From: Geotalea daltonii FRC-32
GTDB taxonomy: Bacteria; Desulfobacterota; Desulfuromonadia; Geobacterales; Geobacteraceae
Reading direction: 5' to 3'
Length of the DNA: 32,000 nt
Assembly (NCBI RefSeq): GCF_000022265.1
Contig: NC_011979.1
Span: 1,950,001 to 1,982,000, forward strand
A program made the translations under genes and the position numbers. This document shows, piece after piece, positions 10,283-18,534 of this stretch (within the stretch, counting starts at the first letter, position 1; every line of letters starts with the position of its first letter). The notes under the pieces were generated by a model. The model was not told where the DNA came from. It did not search any database and saw nothing but the letters and a program-made list of their open reading frames with translations.

Positions 10283-10879
10283 TTACCAGATGTCGATTGC
10301 CGGCAGAGTCCTTTCCTGCATTTCGATGGCTTTCTGCCAGCAGTCCCGGTCTCTTATGAGGAGGCTTTGGCTTCTATTCTGGCCAATCTTTCGCACATAA
10401 ACGGCAAAATCTCCGTTGGAAAAGTGGATAACGCGGCCATGATCTTTGCCAAGGTCTTCGGCAACGATATCGATATTCTCGTTTTTGAGAAACTCCCGGA
10501 TGAACCTGCAGTTTACTTCGCTGACGCAGGCGAAATTGCCTAATGATTCCTTACTGACCATGATATTAGCCCCGCCGAATACCTTTGCCTTGAGAAAGCG
10601 CTTCTGCGCCCCCTTTTTCAGCATCTCGTTGATCAGGAGTTCCATGGCATGAATGCCGTAACGACCGGCTTCGGAGACATAGAGAGGAAGATCCCTGGAA
10701 TATCGCCGGTTGCTGAGCAGGAAGTGGTTCATGCCGATGACCTTGCCGATCGGATCATAGAGGCATGCGGAAACGCATGAGCCGAGCAGGGTCGAAATCA
10801 CGGTCGCATCTGTCGCCGCATGATATTCGCCCGGGTCAAGAATAACCCTTTTGAACCTGCCAATTGCTTCGATTCTCAT
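10283..10879 (-). CDS. cheD: Chemoreceptor glutamine deamidase CheD
   Basis: 198 aa with TLLGSCVSACLYDP (catalytic Cys region), GMNHFLL and KVFGGANIM, as in CheD. Confidence 0.9.
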   Translation of the reverse strand: MRIEAIGRFKRVILDPGEYHAATDATVISTLLGSCVSACLYDPIGKVIGMNHFLLSNRRYSRDLPLYVSEAGRYGIHAMELLINEMLKKGAQKRFLKAKVFGGANIMVSKESLGNFACVSEVNCRFIREFLKNENIDIVAEDLGKDHGRVIHFSNGDFAVYVRKIGQNRSQSLLIRDRDCWQKAIEMQERTLPAIDIW

Positions 10880-11003
10880 GCCGTTTTTTCCGCGATATGT
10901 ACAAGGGCTCGTAGAAGTTTATGAGAAAATATCATAGCAGGATGTGATAAGGAAACAACTATTTATCGATAACCGATGGGGGAAACGGCGGTTGAAGGCG
11001 GGG

Positions 11004-11030
11004 CAGGGGCACCATTGCACGGTGCCCCTG
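11004..11030 (-). terminator. GC-rich hairpin downstream of the DUF4382 gene (no U-tract)
   Basis: CAGGGGCACC-N7-GGTGCCCCTG, a perfect 10-bp stem, lies 14 nt after the stop. Confidence 0.4.
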
Positions 11031-11043
11031 GGGAAGAGTATCG

Positions 11044-11940
11044 CTACTTCAGAAGCTGGATGATGTCCACGGCAGTCGGATTACCTGTCGTAACCGTTTG
11101 CAGAGAGGATGAATAGGGGAGGAAACCGCTCGCGTCAACATGGACACGATAGGTCCCGCTGGGGACGAAGGAGCTGAAGGGAACCCGGGGACCGCCGCTT
11201 GTGGCGTTGGCGAAAATGCTGCCGGCAGCGATGGCGGTGCTACTTGCCTGGGGAACGACGGAGACGGTAGCCGTCGACCAGTTGCCCAGGGTCGAGACGT
11301 AGCCGGTCAGTGAACCGAAGCTGTTGTAAACATCTCCTGACTGAACGATGCGGATGCCGGTGGGTTTGAGGACATACTTCTGATTGCTCTGGTTGCTACC
11401 GGTGATGACAATGGCGGTATTGGGGTCAAAATCGATGACGATGGCGTTGATGACTCCCGCCTTGACATCGACTTTCCCGATAATCTTCAGCCCCGACTGC
11501 TGACCGCTGGGAGTATCCAGGGGGATGGTCTGACCCGTTTTCAGCACGACATAGTTGGCCGCGTTCTGCCCCTCATTGGGTGCCAGGACAAGCCGGATCT
11601 GGTTATACTTCCCGGCCGGCAGAACGACCTCGCCCAGCGCTTCCTGCACAAAGCGCAGCGTCAGGATGTCGATCTTCCTGGGTGTTGTGAATGCGGCGAC
11701 GACGGGGAGTCGGGCATCGTCGTCCTTGGCATTTTCAAGGCCTGCCGGTACGACGCGGACTTCCTTGATTGTGATGAACACGTTGGCAAAAGCATCGCTC
11801 TGGGCATCGGTCAGCCCGACCTTGAGTGTGCCGGTGGGGGTGGAACTGCCGCCACCGCCACAACCTGGCAACTGCGAAACCGCCAGTGCCAGCAAAACCG
11901 CCAATGTCAATCCCCATAAACTTCTTACCTTCTTCAGCAT
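11044..11940 (-). CDS. DUF4382-domain lipoprotein with C-terminal beta-sandwich region
   Basis: Lipobox LPGC. TGTLKVGLTDAQ...ITIKEVRVV...LPAGKYNQIRLVL...PSGQQSGLKI...IDFD...YVLKPTGIRIV matches the DUF4382 pattern from memory. Confidence 0.7.
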   Translation of the reverse strand: MLKKVRSLWGLTLAVLLALAVSQLPGCGGGGSSTPTGTLKVGLTDAQSDAFANVFITIKEVRVVPAGLENAKDDDARLPVVAAFTTPRKIDILTLRFVQEALGEVVLPAGKYNQIRLVLAPNEGQNAANYVVLKTGQTIPLDTPSGQQSGLKIIGKVDVKAGVINAIVIDFDPNTAIVITGSNQSNQKYVLKPTGIRIVQSGDVYNSFGSLTGYVSTLGNWSTATVSVVPQASSTAIAAGSIFANATSGGPRVPFSSFVPSGTYRVHVDASGFLPYSSSLQTVTTGNPTAVDIIQLLK

Positions 11941-12344
11941 GACAACCTCCTAGCAGCGAATTTCCCCTTGTTCCCGGCCTTTCGGAAAAAGAAAAGCCGG
12001 GGCAGAAATATCGATGACATTTCGGCAACCCGGCTGTCTCAGAGAGACCCTTTAGGCTTTCCGCCCCATCCTCGCGGATGGTTGAGTATTATCGTCTACC
12101 ACCAGGGGTATTAATGTTGTCGACATTATGCATGGCGTCCAGTGAAAGTCAAGGCATTCGGAAAACGGGGGTTATTGCAGACGGTAGCGTATCGGATAGG
12201 ATTAATGTACAGGGTGCAGTCTGAACTTTTCCGTAGAGAAAACTCTATAAAAAAAGTAGAGTATGTAATAATTTTGTTGATCATTTTTATAGTAAATGTT
12301 TATATGTATTGAAGTTGTATTTAGCTTGAATGTGAGAGGCAATT

Positions 12345-12932
12345 ATGAACGCAGCGACCAGCATCATGCGCTATTACAGGTTTTTTCAGCAGCGGAATGC
12401 AAGGCGTGTCCTTGATTATGGTGCCGGCAAGCTTCGCAATTCTCTCTTCCTTTCCGGTAAAGGATTTAACGTTTTCGCCGCAGACTTGCCGGAGCAGATA
12501 GGCCGGATGAAGGAAGAACCTGCTGCCAGTCGCCTTGCCGGACTGATTGAAGCTACTGAACTGGAACAGACAAGGCTCAATGTGGATCTGGTCATCTCAA
12601 ATTTTGTCTTTAATATTATTCCTGATGGTCCGGAGAAACAGCTTTATCTGAGAAATACGGTGAGAAACCTGCGCCGGGACGGCTATCTGCTGGTTGAGGT
12701 GCGCTGCCGTCAGAACCTGGTACCTTGCGGCAGCGGCTGTACCCATTACATGAAATGCAACAGCTGCATCAAAACCTATTCCCATGATGAGTTGGACAGG
12801 CTGGTCACTCCCTACGGCTTCAAGCGAATCTGCCATTATTACCGTCACCGGGCTTTGGCAGCCGTTTATCAGCTGGTGGACGACCATGGGTGGGAACTCC
12901 GGGTGCGACCTCAGAGCGTTTACTGCTGTTAA
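12345..12932 (+). CDS. Class I SAM-dependent methyltransferase
   Basis: 195 aa with motif I VLDYGAGKL and the acidic post-I residue (FAADL). It is preceded by a markedly AT-rich ~120-bp region. Confidence 0.7.
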   Translation: MNAATSIMRYYRFFQQRNARRVLDYGAGKLRNSLFLSGKGFNVFAADLPEQIGRMKEEPAASRLAGLIEATELEQTRLNVDLVISNFVFNIIPDGPEKQLYLRNTVRNLRRDGYLLVEVRCRQNLVPCGSGCTHYMKCNSCIKTYSHDELDRLVTPYGFKRICHYYRHRALAAVYQLVDDHGWELRVRPQSVYCC

Positions 12933-12960
12933 ACCAGGCGAGGACCTTTGCTCGCTCTTT

Positions 12961-13476
12961 CTACTTTCTTGAGATTTTCAGCACACACGGCGCGGAACGT
13001 AGATGAAATCCTATTGTCGCCGGCAGCCCGGTCCCTAGGTCAAGCTGAGCCGCTTCCAGGTATCGCGCGAGAGACTCCTCTCCAACGATCAGGTCGCCAA
13101 TGATATCCTCTCCGCGACGCGCCAATGCCACAAGGGCATGATCATCATTCCAGTCCGGAAGTCTTGATGGCAGCCCGAGAGTTGGGCCAACGCGCTGAGC
13201 AAAGGCCATCCCCATAAAGCCATCGGGACGCATGTCTTGAACGAACCAAGGAAGATGACGGTATGTCTGCTCCCGGGTTGTAGCCGGCTGCCAATGGAAC
13301 CCTCCACGGATGGATAGAAGATCACCCAACGGATGGGCATTACCCTCTTCATCAATGCGATATGCCGGAAAACGGCATCCTGCTCCGCGGACATCTCGCG
13401 GCCGAGCATAATGGGTTGCCTTCGACTGCCCTAAGGTTAAGACCTGGTCCTCCAGACTCGCTATCAATCGAGGCAT
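12961..13476 (-). pseudogene. Truncated HipA-family (YjjJ-like) toxin fragment, N-terminal region only
   Basis: 171-aa ORF. ATHYA...FPAYRIDEEGNAHPLGDL...LPWFVQDMRPDGFMGMAFA...WNDDHALVALARRGEDIIGDLIVGEESLARY resembles residues ~40-200 of YjjJ-type HipA proteins (from memory). The N-terminal HTH and the whole kinase domain are missing. Confidence 0.5.
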
Positions 13477-13780
13477 GGTTGCACGACATAAAAATATAAA
13501 AAGATGCTGGGTTTATGAAACGCAAGATCAAACGGAATATTGATAGCGGCATCACAGGGGAGGGCAGCAACCTTATCTGTCTTTATGTCCCTTGTTTTCA
13601 GGATTTTACAAGCTTGGAAGCAGTGATTACACCAGTGAAGTCTGAGGGGATGCGGATATGGATGGGATAGTTGCCGTTCCTGTCGAGCAGATAAGACGAC
13701 ATAAGCCTCCTCCTGTGTAGCAAACTGGGTACACTGGGGCAACAAGGCTAAACTGTAGTCAAAACAATGGGTTAGGGTTC

Positions 13781-13878
13781 TGGCGGAAGCACATGGGAAT
13801 CGAACCCACCAGGGAGATTTCTCATCCCCCTCACCGGTTTTGAAGACCGGGCCGCCCACCAGCGACGGTCGTGCTTCC
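13781..13878 (-). tRNA. selC: tRNA-Sec (anticodon UCA)
   Basis: Reverse complement is GGAAGCACGACCGUCGCUGGUGGGCGGCCCGGUCUUCAAAACCGGUGAGGGGGAUGAGAAAUCUCCCUGGUGGGUUCGAUUCCCAUGUGCUUCCGCCA. It has an 8-bp acceptor stem, a 5-bp T stem (8/5 Sec architecture), anticodon loop CUUCAAA, an 8-bp variable arm, discriminator G and an encoded CCA. It is close to E. coli selC. Confidence 0.95.
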
Positions 13879-13893
13879 CCTTTGTTTTCTGTA

Positions 13894-13922
13894 TAGATAA
13901 AGCATCGGGTCTTGCTAGTCAA
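13894..13922 (-). promoter_or_regulatory. Candidate sigma-70 promoter of selC
   Basis: Minus strand reads TTGACT-N17-TATCTA, ending 15 nt before the mature 5' end. Confidence 0.45.
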
Positions 13923-14087
13923 CACAAAGTTTATTTCAGGAAATTTCCCTACCCATATTGGTTATTCGCGACCGAAATATGCTTCGGATGCTGCCGGTTT
14001 GTCTGAACATTACAGGTGCTTCATTTAGGCAGAACTTTTGCAGGAGGACAAACGCTGTGCCAGAAAATGGATCGGAGATATCGAACA

Positions 14088-14771
14088 ATGAAACTAACGA
14101 TTTTTGCGATTATGGCATCTTTGCTGTTTGGCTGTACCAGCTCCTTGCATCCTACCTTGAAAAAGCTGGATACCCTTGAGCCTGGCGTGGTGAAAACGGC
14201 GGCGCTGGGGGGGACCATGTATGAAACAGGCTATATCAGGGCTTTACCCGGTTTTGTTGCTTCGACTAACTACTACCTGCCCGAAATGGACAATCTGGTC
14301 TTTCCACCGGTTAAAAAAGGGACTGTCTGGGTGTGTAACGGAAAATTGTCCAGCGGCGATTACCTTTGTCTCTGTCCTGATATTTCCGAAAAGGATGTTA
14401 CCACCAGCACCGGGATTCCACTGGCGACCAAGCTGCCCCTTTTTATCATCAAGCCCTGGGGGGAGTTTGCCGGCTTGTATTACACCGACACCGATCGGGA
14501 GTCCGGGCAGGTAAATCATCTCCACGGGCTTTTTGTTTACACGGATGTTCCTCTGGAAGACAGTTACAAGGCGCGCCTTGTCTACAGCGGCAGAACGGAT
14601 TCCGCCATTAGCCTTACCTATCAGGAGTTCAACGGGACGATGAAAACTCCCACGCTTTCCCAGGTCCTGACCTACGAGATGACATCGGCGAATATGATCA
14701 ACGTGAGAAATGTCATGATCGAGGTGATGGATGCGACCGAGTCGAAAATTAAATATGTAGTGAAGAACTGA
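14088..14771 (+). CDS. Hypothetical lipoprotein
   Basis: The internal ATG at 14088 (MKLTIFAIMASLLFGCTSS) gives a signal peptide plus lipobox, with GGAG 9 nt upstream. The ORF-track start at 14016 is less likely. Confidence 0.65.
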   Translation: MKLTIFAIMASLLFGCTSSLHPTLKKLDTLEPGVVKTAALGGTMYETGYIRALPGFVASTNYYLPEMDNLVFPPVKKGTVWVCNGKLSSGDYLCLCPDISEKDVTTSTGIPLATKLPLFIIKPWGEFAGLYYTDTDRESGQVNHLHGLFVYTDVPLEDSYKARLVYSGRTDSAISLTYQEFNGTMKTPTLSQVLTYEMTSANMINVRNVMIEVMDATESKIKYVVKN

Positions 14772-14796
14772 AAAAAATTACGGTTGTTTCTTCAGA

Positions 14797-14818
14797 GGGG
14801 GGCATTGCCCCTTTTTTT
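14797..14818 (+). terminator. Intrinsic terminator
   Basis: GGGGC-ATT-GCCCC followed by T7. Confidence 0.6.
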
Positions 14819-14925
14819 GTTTTTGCTACGCAGACTCACGCTTGGTGGTGCTTCGGCAATATCAACAGTTGACAAAGCCGGTTGTTGAATGGAAAATGAG
14901 AAAATTTTTTTAACGGGAGGATTTT

Positions 14926-16227
14926 TTGGAAACCGTTTCAGTGGAACTTGTTGTAATTGCAATCCTCATTGTCATCAATGGTTTTTTTGCCTGTTCCGAG
15001 TTTGCCATTATCTCGATCAGAAAAAGCAGGGTAGCTCAGCTTGTGGCTGCCGGCGACGAAAGGGCGATGATAATTGAAGCCTTGCAGAAGGATCCCCACC
15101 GTCTGCTCGCTATTGTCCAGATTGGCGTGACGGTGGTAGGTTCGACCGCCTCCGCAGTGGGGGGGATAATCGCTGCGGAGCACCTGAAACCGCTTTTGCA
15201 GCAGGTTCCCTACGAACTGGTCAGTGATGCGGCCGAGCCTCTGGCCGTGTCCATCGTCGTCATCATTGTCTCCTACCTGAGTCTGATTATCGGGGAACTG
15301 GTACCGAAGACCATCGGCCTTCAATATGCCGACACCATGGCCTTATATATAGCCAAGCCATTGAACCTTCTGGCAAGGGTCAGCACCCTCGCCGTTTCAT
15401 TTCTGACTATTTCAAGCAAGGCTGTACTTTCCTTGATGCGCATCGAAGGGGAGGGGCGGGCCTTCATTACCAGGGAAGAAGTGCAGCATATTGTTGCCGA
15501 AGGCCATGAAACCGGGGTTTTCAGTGCTGCCGAATCGGAATATATCCGCAATATCTTCGATTTCACCCACACCAGTGTCCGTGAAGTAATGGTTCCACGC
15601 ACCAGGATGGCTGCCCTCGACCTGGACCTTTCCCGCAAGGAAATGCTGGATTTTGTCCTGGAAAACGAATATACACGCTATCCGGTATTCCATGGCAGCG
15701 TGGAGAACATTGCCGGGGTGGTCCACCTGAAGGATCTCTTGGGGCGAATCGTCACCGAGCCTGATTTTGATATCAACACCATTATCCGGCCTCCCTTTTA
15801 TGTCCCGGAGGGAAAGCGTGTCAATGACCTGTTGAAGGAGATGCAGAGGAAGAGGACCCATATGGCCCTGGTTGTGGATGAATATGGAGGCTTAAATGGT
15901 CTGGTGACCACGGAAGACCTGCTGGAGGAACTGGTGGGAGAAATAGAGGACGAGCATGACATCGGCCCGGGACGGGTGCAGAGACTGCCTGACGGCAGCC
16001 TCATGGTTGATGCCCTCATTTCCATCAATGATGTGGAAGACCTGCTTGGCATCAAATTGCCGGAGGATATCCCCTATGACACCCTGGCCGGCCTGATTCT
16101 GGACCAGTTGGGAAGGTTTCCTGAGAAGGGGGAACGGGTGGAATGGCATGATTACACACTGGTTTGTGAAGAGGTGAAAAAGACTTCGATAGTCAAGGTG
16201 AGGATTGTCGGGAAGAACGGTGATTAG
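14926..16227 (+). CDS. CNNM/CorC-family transporter (DUF21 + 2 CBS + CorC_HlyC; annotated elsewhere as hemolysin family protein)
   Basis: 433 aa. N-terminal 4-TM DUF21 (INGFFACSEFAIISIRKSR), CBS pair region and a C-terminal transporter-associated domain. Confidence 0.9.
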   Translation: METVSVELVVIAILIVINGFFACSEFAIISIRKSRVAQLVAAGDERAMIIEALQKDPHRLLAIVQIGVTVVGSTASAVGGIIAAEHLKPLLQQVPYELVSDAAEPLAVSIVVIIVSYLSLIIGELVPKTIGLQYADTMALYIAKPLNLLARVSTLAVSFLTISSKAVLSLMRIEGEGRAFITREEVQHIVAEGHETGVFSAAESEYIRNIFDFTHTSVREVMVPRTRMAALDLDLSRKEMLDFVLENEYTRYPVFHGSVENIAGVVHLKDLLGRIVTEPDFDINTIIRPPFYVPEGKRVNDLLKEMQRKRTHMALVVDEYGGLNGLVTTEDLLEELVGEIEDEHDIGPGRVQRLPDGSLMVDALISINDVEDLLGIKLPEDIPYDTLAGLILDQLGRFPEKGERVEWHDYTLVCEEVKKTSIVKVRIVGKNGD

Positions 16228-16255
16228 TGATTGGTGATTGGTGATTGGTGATTGA
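16221..16255. repeat. Tandem heptamer repeat (TGATTGG-like, 5 units) spanning the stop codon of the CNNM gene
   Basis: tgattag tgattgg tgattgg tgattgg tgattga, read directly. Confidence 0.85.
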
Positions 16256-16279
16256 GGGGCGCTTTTGGGCGCCCCTTTT
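16255..16279. terminator. Bidirectional intrinsic terminator between convergent CNNM and TerC genes
   Basis: AGGGGCGC-UUUUGG-GCGCCCCU with T4 after it on the plus strand. Confidence 0.65.
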
Positions 16280-16282
16280 CAT

Positions 16283-17212
16283 TCAGGCATGTCTGCTTTT
16301 CCGTTTGTTGCCGACGAATACCGAGATGAGTATGGCAATGGTCAGGGAGCCGACGATGACGCCCAGGGAAAAATAGATGGGCATTTCGAATACATCGCCG
16401 AGCAGCATTTTTGCACCGACAAAGCAGAGGATGAATGAGACGCCCAGTTTCAGGTAAACGAACATGTCCATGACGTGGGCCAGCAGGTAGTAGAGTGACC
16501 GAAGCCCCATTATGGCGAAGACGTTTGATGTGTAGACGATGAACGGGTCGTGGGTGACCGCGAGAACGGCGGGAATTGAATCGACGGCAAAGATCACGTC
16601 GCTGGATTCCACCACCAGCAGGGTGAGGAAAAGAGGTGTGGCGGCAATCTTGCCGCACTTTCTGATGAAAAAGCGGTCGCCGGACACCCGCTTGGTGACC
16701 GGAACGAATTTCCTCACCAGGCGTACCAGCAGGTTTTTCTCCGGCTCGATATGATCGTCTCCGCCGAAGGCCATTTTTATTCCGGTTACAACCAAAAGCC
16801 CGCCGAAGATATAGATCATCCAGTGGAATCGCTCTATCAGCCCGATACCGAGGATGATGAAGACCCCTCTCATGACCAGTGCCCCCAGTATGCCCCATTT
16901 CAATATCTTGGGCTGGTGGTGCTTTGCCACATGAAAGTAGGAAAAGATCATGATGAAGACGAAGAGGTTGTCCACGGACAATGATTCCTCAATCACGTAG
17001 CCGGTCAGGAACTCCAGCGCCTTGACCGGTCCCATGAAATAATATACGCCGGCATTGAAAATCATTGCCAGGGAGATCCAGATGATAGTCCAGGTAAGGG
17101 CTTCACGGAATTTGACCTCATGGGTCTTGCGGTTGAAAACCCCCAGGTCGAGAACGAACATTACGGTCATTACAGCGGCAAAAGCCACCCACATGATTGT
17201 CTGATTTGACAC
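16283..17212 (-). CDS. TerC-family integral membrane protein
   Basis: 309 aa, multi-TM, with the EESLSVDNLFVF and VESSDVIFAVDSIPAV motifs typical of TerC/Alx. GTG start with AGGAG 6 nt upstream. Confidence 0.9.
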   Translation of the reverse strand: MSNQTIMWVAFAAVMTVMFVLDLGVFNRKTHEVKFREALTWTIIWISLAMIFNAGVYYFMGPVKALEFLTGYVIEESLSVDNLFVFIMIFSYFHVAKHHQPKILKWGILGALVMRGVFIILGIGLIERFHWMIYIFGGLLVVTGIKMAFGGDDHIEPEKNLLVRLVRKFVPVTKRVSGDRFFIRKCGKIAATPLFLTLLVVESSDVIFAVDSIPAVLAVTHDPFIVYTSNVFAIMGLRSLYYLLAHVMDMFVYLKLGVSFILCFVGAKMLLGDVFEMPIYFSLGVIVGSLTIAILISVFVGNKRKSRHA

Positions 17213-17245
17213 TAAGATCTCCTGACAGCATATTTATTTGGATTC

Positions 17246-17288
17246 AAAAAGGAAAAAACGAGGGAGAGCCTGAAACTCAGGCTCTCCT
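17246..17288 (-). terminator. Intrinsic terminator between htpX and terC
   Basis: Minus strand reads GGAGAGCCUGA-GUU-UCAGGCUCUCC followed by a U-rich tract (CGUUUUUUCCUUUUU). Confidence 0.7.
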
Positions 17289-17299
17289 CCAGCGTCGGA

Positions 17300-18157
17300 T
17301 TACCGGGGGCGGTAGGCCATCGCCTCAAGTTTAGCGATCCGCTCTTCCATGGGGGGGTGAGTGGAGAAAAGATTGAGCAGTGCGCCGCCTGTCAGCGGGT
17401 TGACGATGAATAGATGGGCTGTTGCCGGACGGGCTTCGTGCATGGGAAGCATCTGTGATGCGCTCTGCAGCTTGCGCAGGGCACTTGCCAGAGATAAGGG
17501 GTTGCCGCAGATTTTTGCCCCCGATTCATCCGCCATGTATTCACGGGAACGGGAAACTGCCATCTGGATCAGCATTGCCGCTATGGGGGCGATGATGGCC
17601 ATGGCCAATCCGCCTATTGCACTTCCCCCTCCTTCTTCGTCGTTATGCCTGCCGCCGCCGAAGATTGCCGCCCACTGGAGCATGTTTCCGAGCATGGCGA
17701 TAGCGCCGGCGATGGTGGCGGCAATGGTGGAGATGAGAATGTCGCGGTTCTTCACGTGGGACAGCTCATGGGCCATCACCCCTTCCAACTCCTCTTGGGT
17801 AAGGATGCGCAGGATTCCTTCCGTGGCAGCCACTGCCGCATGCTCCGGGTTTCGCCCGGTGGCGAAGGCATTGGGGCTCTCCGACGGGATGATGTAAACT
17901 TTAGGCATGGGAAGGCCTGCTTGAATGGCCAGCCTGCGGACCATGCCGTAAAAGGCCGGGTTTTCCATCTCGGTTATCTCTTGGGCACCGTACATGCGGA
18001 GAACGATCTTATCGGAAAACCAGTAGGAGAAGACGTTCATGGCGCAGGCCACGAAAAAGGCGAAGACCATGCCGCTTCTGCCGCCAATGGCGCTGCCCAT
18101 GGCAACCATCAGCAGGGTGAGGCAGGTCAGGAGCAGGGTAGTTTTCAGTCGATTCAT
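17300..18157 (-). CDS. htpX: Zinc metalloprotease HtpX (peptidase M48)
   Basis: HELSHV zinc motif and 4 TM segments. I prefer the ATG at 18157 ([10 protein letters not shown]) with GGAGG upstream over the longer ORF-track start at 18244. Confidence 0.9.
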   Translation of the reverse strand: MNRLKTTLLLTCLTLLMVAMGSAIGGRSGMVFAFFVACAMNVFSYWFSDKIVLRMYGAQEITEMENPAFYGMVRRLAIQAGLPMPKVYIIPSESPNAFATGRNPEHAAVAATEGILRILTQEELEGVMAHELSHVKNRDILISTIAATIAGAIAMLGNMLQWAAIFGGGRHNDEEGGGSAIGGLAMAIIAPIAAMLIQMAVSRSREYMADESGAKICGNPLSLASALRKLQSASQMLPMHEARPATAHLFIVNPLTGGALLNLFSTHPPMEERIAKLEAMAYRPR

Positions 18158-18185
18158 TTTTAACCTCCATTGAGTTTCGTCCGGG

Positions 18186-18240
18186 CAAACATAAAAGACC
18201 TTTACCCAGACGTGTTGATATCGCGTTGGATAAAGGTCTT
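18186..18240 (-). terminator. Terminator-like expression platform of the riboswitch
   Basis: Minus strand AAGACCUUUA(U)CCAACG...CGU(C)UGG(G)UAAAGGUCUU followed by UUAUGUUU. Its 5' arm is the same segment that forms the 3' strand of aptamer P1. Confidence 0.6.
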
Positions 18241-18485
18241 GCATGCGTTGACATATGTCGCGGCCCCTGGTCCGGGCCTTTAGCAGAATGTCGAAAAACT
18301 GCTGCGGAGCCGATCTGCTGCGTTACCACTTGCTCAAAACCTCATCGTACAATGGGTACGTTTCGGCTTTTCGCTCGTTTTAGCCTTGCATTTCGGCTTC
18401 CTCTCGACGTTTTTCGACAACCTGCTGGCCGTCCTGACGAACTGAGGGTCGGCCATTTCTCCGGCCGATTGCTACTCCCCTTTAC
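18231..18485 (-). promoter_or_regulatory. yybP-ykoY family Mn2+ riboswitch aptamer in the htpX leader
   Basis: The minus-strand RNA starts GUAAAGGGGAGUAGCAAUCGGCC (hallmark GGGGAGUAGC). It ends CGACAUAUGUCAACGCAUGCAAGACCUUUAU (hallmark GCAAGACC plus CCUUUA pairing with UAAAGG as P1). Compared from memory with the L. lactis and B. subtilis aptamers. Confidence 0.75.
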
Positions 18486-18492
18486 TGCTACA

Positions 18493-18521
18493 AATATATG
18501 CAAAGCGGTGGGCTATGTCAA
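18493..18521 (-). promoter_or_regulatory. Sigma-70 promoter driving the riboswitch-htpX transcript
   Basis: Minus strand reads TTGACA-N17-TATATT, located just after the ANTAR gene stop and ~7 nt upstream of the aptamer 5' end. Confidence 0.6.
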
Positions 18522-18534
18522 GGATCGTGACAAT

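Noticed and set aside
13515-13670. 51-aa plus-strand ORF (MKRKIKRNIDSG...) between the hipA fragment and selC
   Set aside because: It has no clear RBS and no recognisable family, and it lies in apparently decayed sequence. There is insufficient support to call a gene.
12000-13780. Intact genomic island at selC
   Set aside because: There is no integrase gene and no direct repeat of the tRNA 3' end (tggcggaagcac...). I report it only as a possible remnant.
13464-13925. 153-aa minus-strand ORF
   Set aside because: It runs straight through the tRNA-Sec gene and its promoter, and its sequence has no protein-like features. It is an artefact of the open frame.
16221-16255. Possible CRISPR-like or regulatory repeat array
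   Set aside because: The units are only 7 bp, contiguous and without spacers. This is a simple microsatellite.
16224-16898. 224-aa Arg-rich ORF in another frame of the terC region
   Set aside because: The overlapping TerC frame has clear family motifs and TM segments. The Arg/Pro/Gly-rich product is a typical off-frame artefact.
18158-18534. Search for the ANTAR dual-hexaloop target motif in the htpX leader
   Set aside because: The hairpins present have 5-, 7-, 8- or 9-nt loops, or an AAAACG loop without the conserved G4. There is no convincing pair of A-x-x-G-x-x hexaloops.
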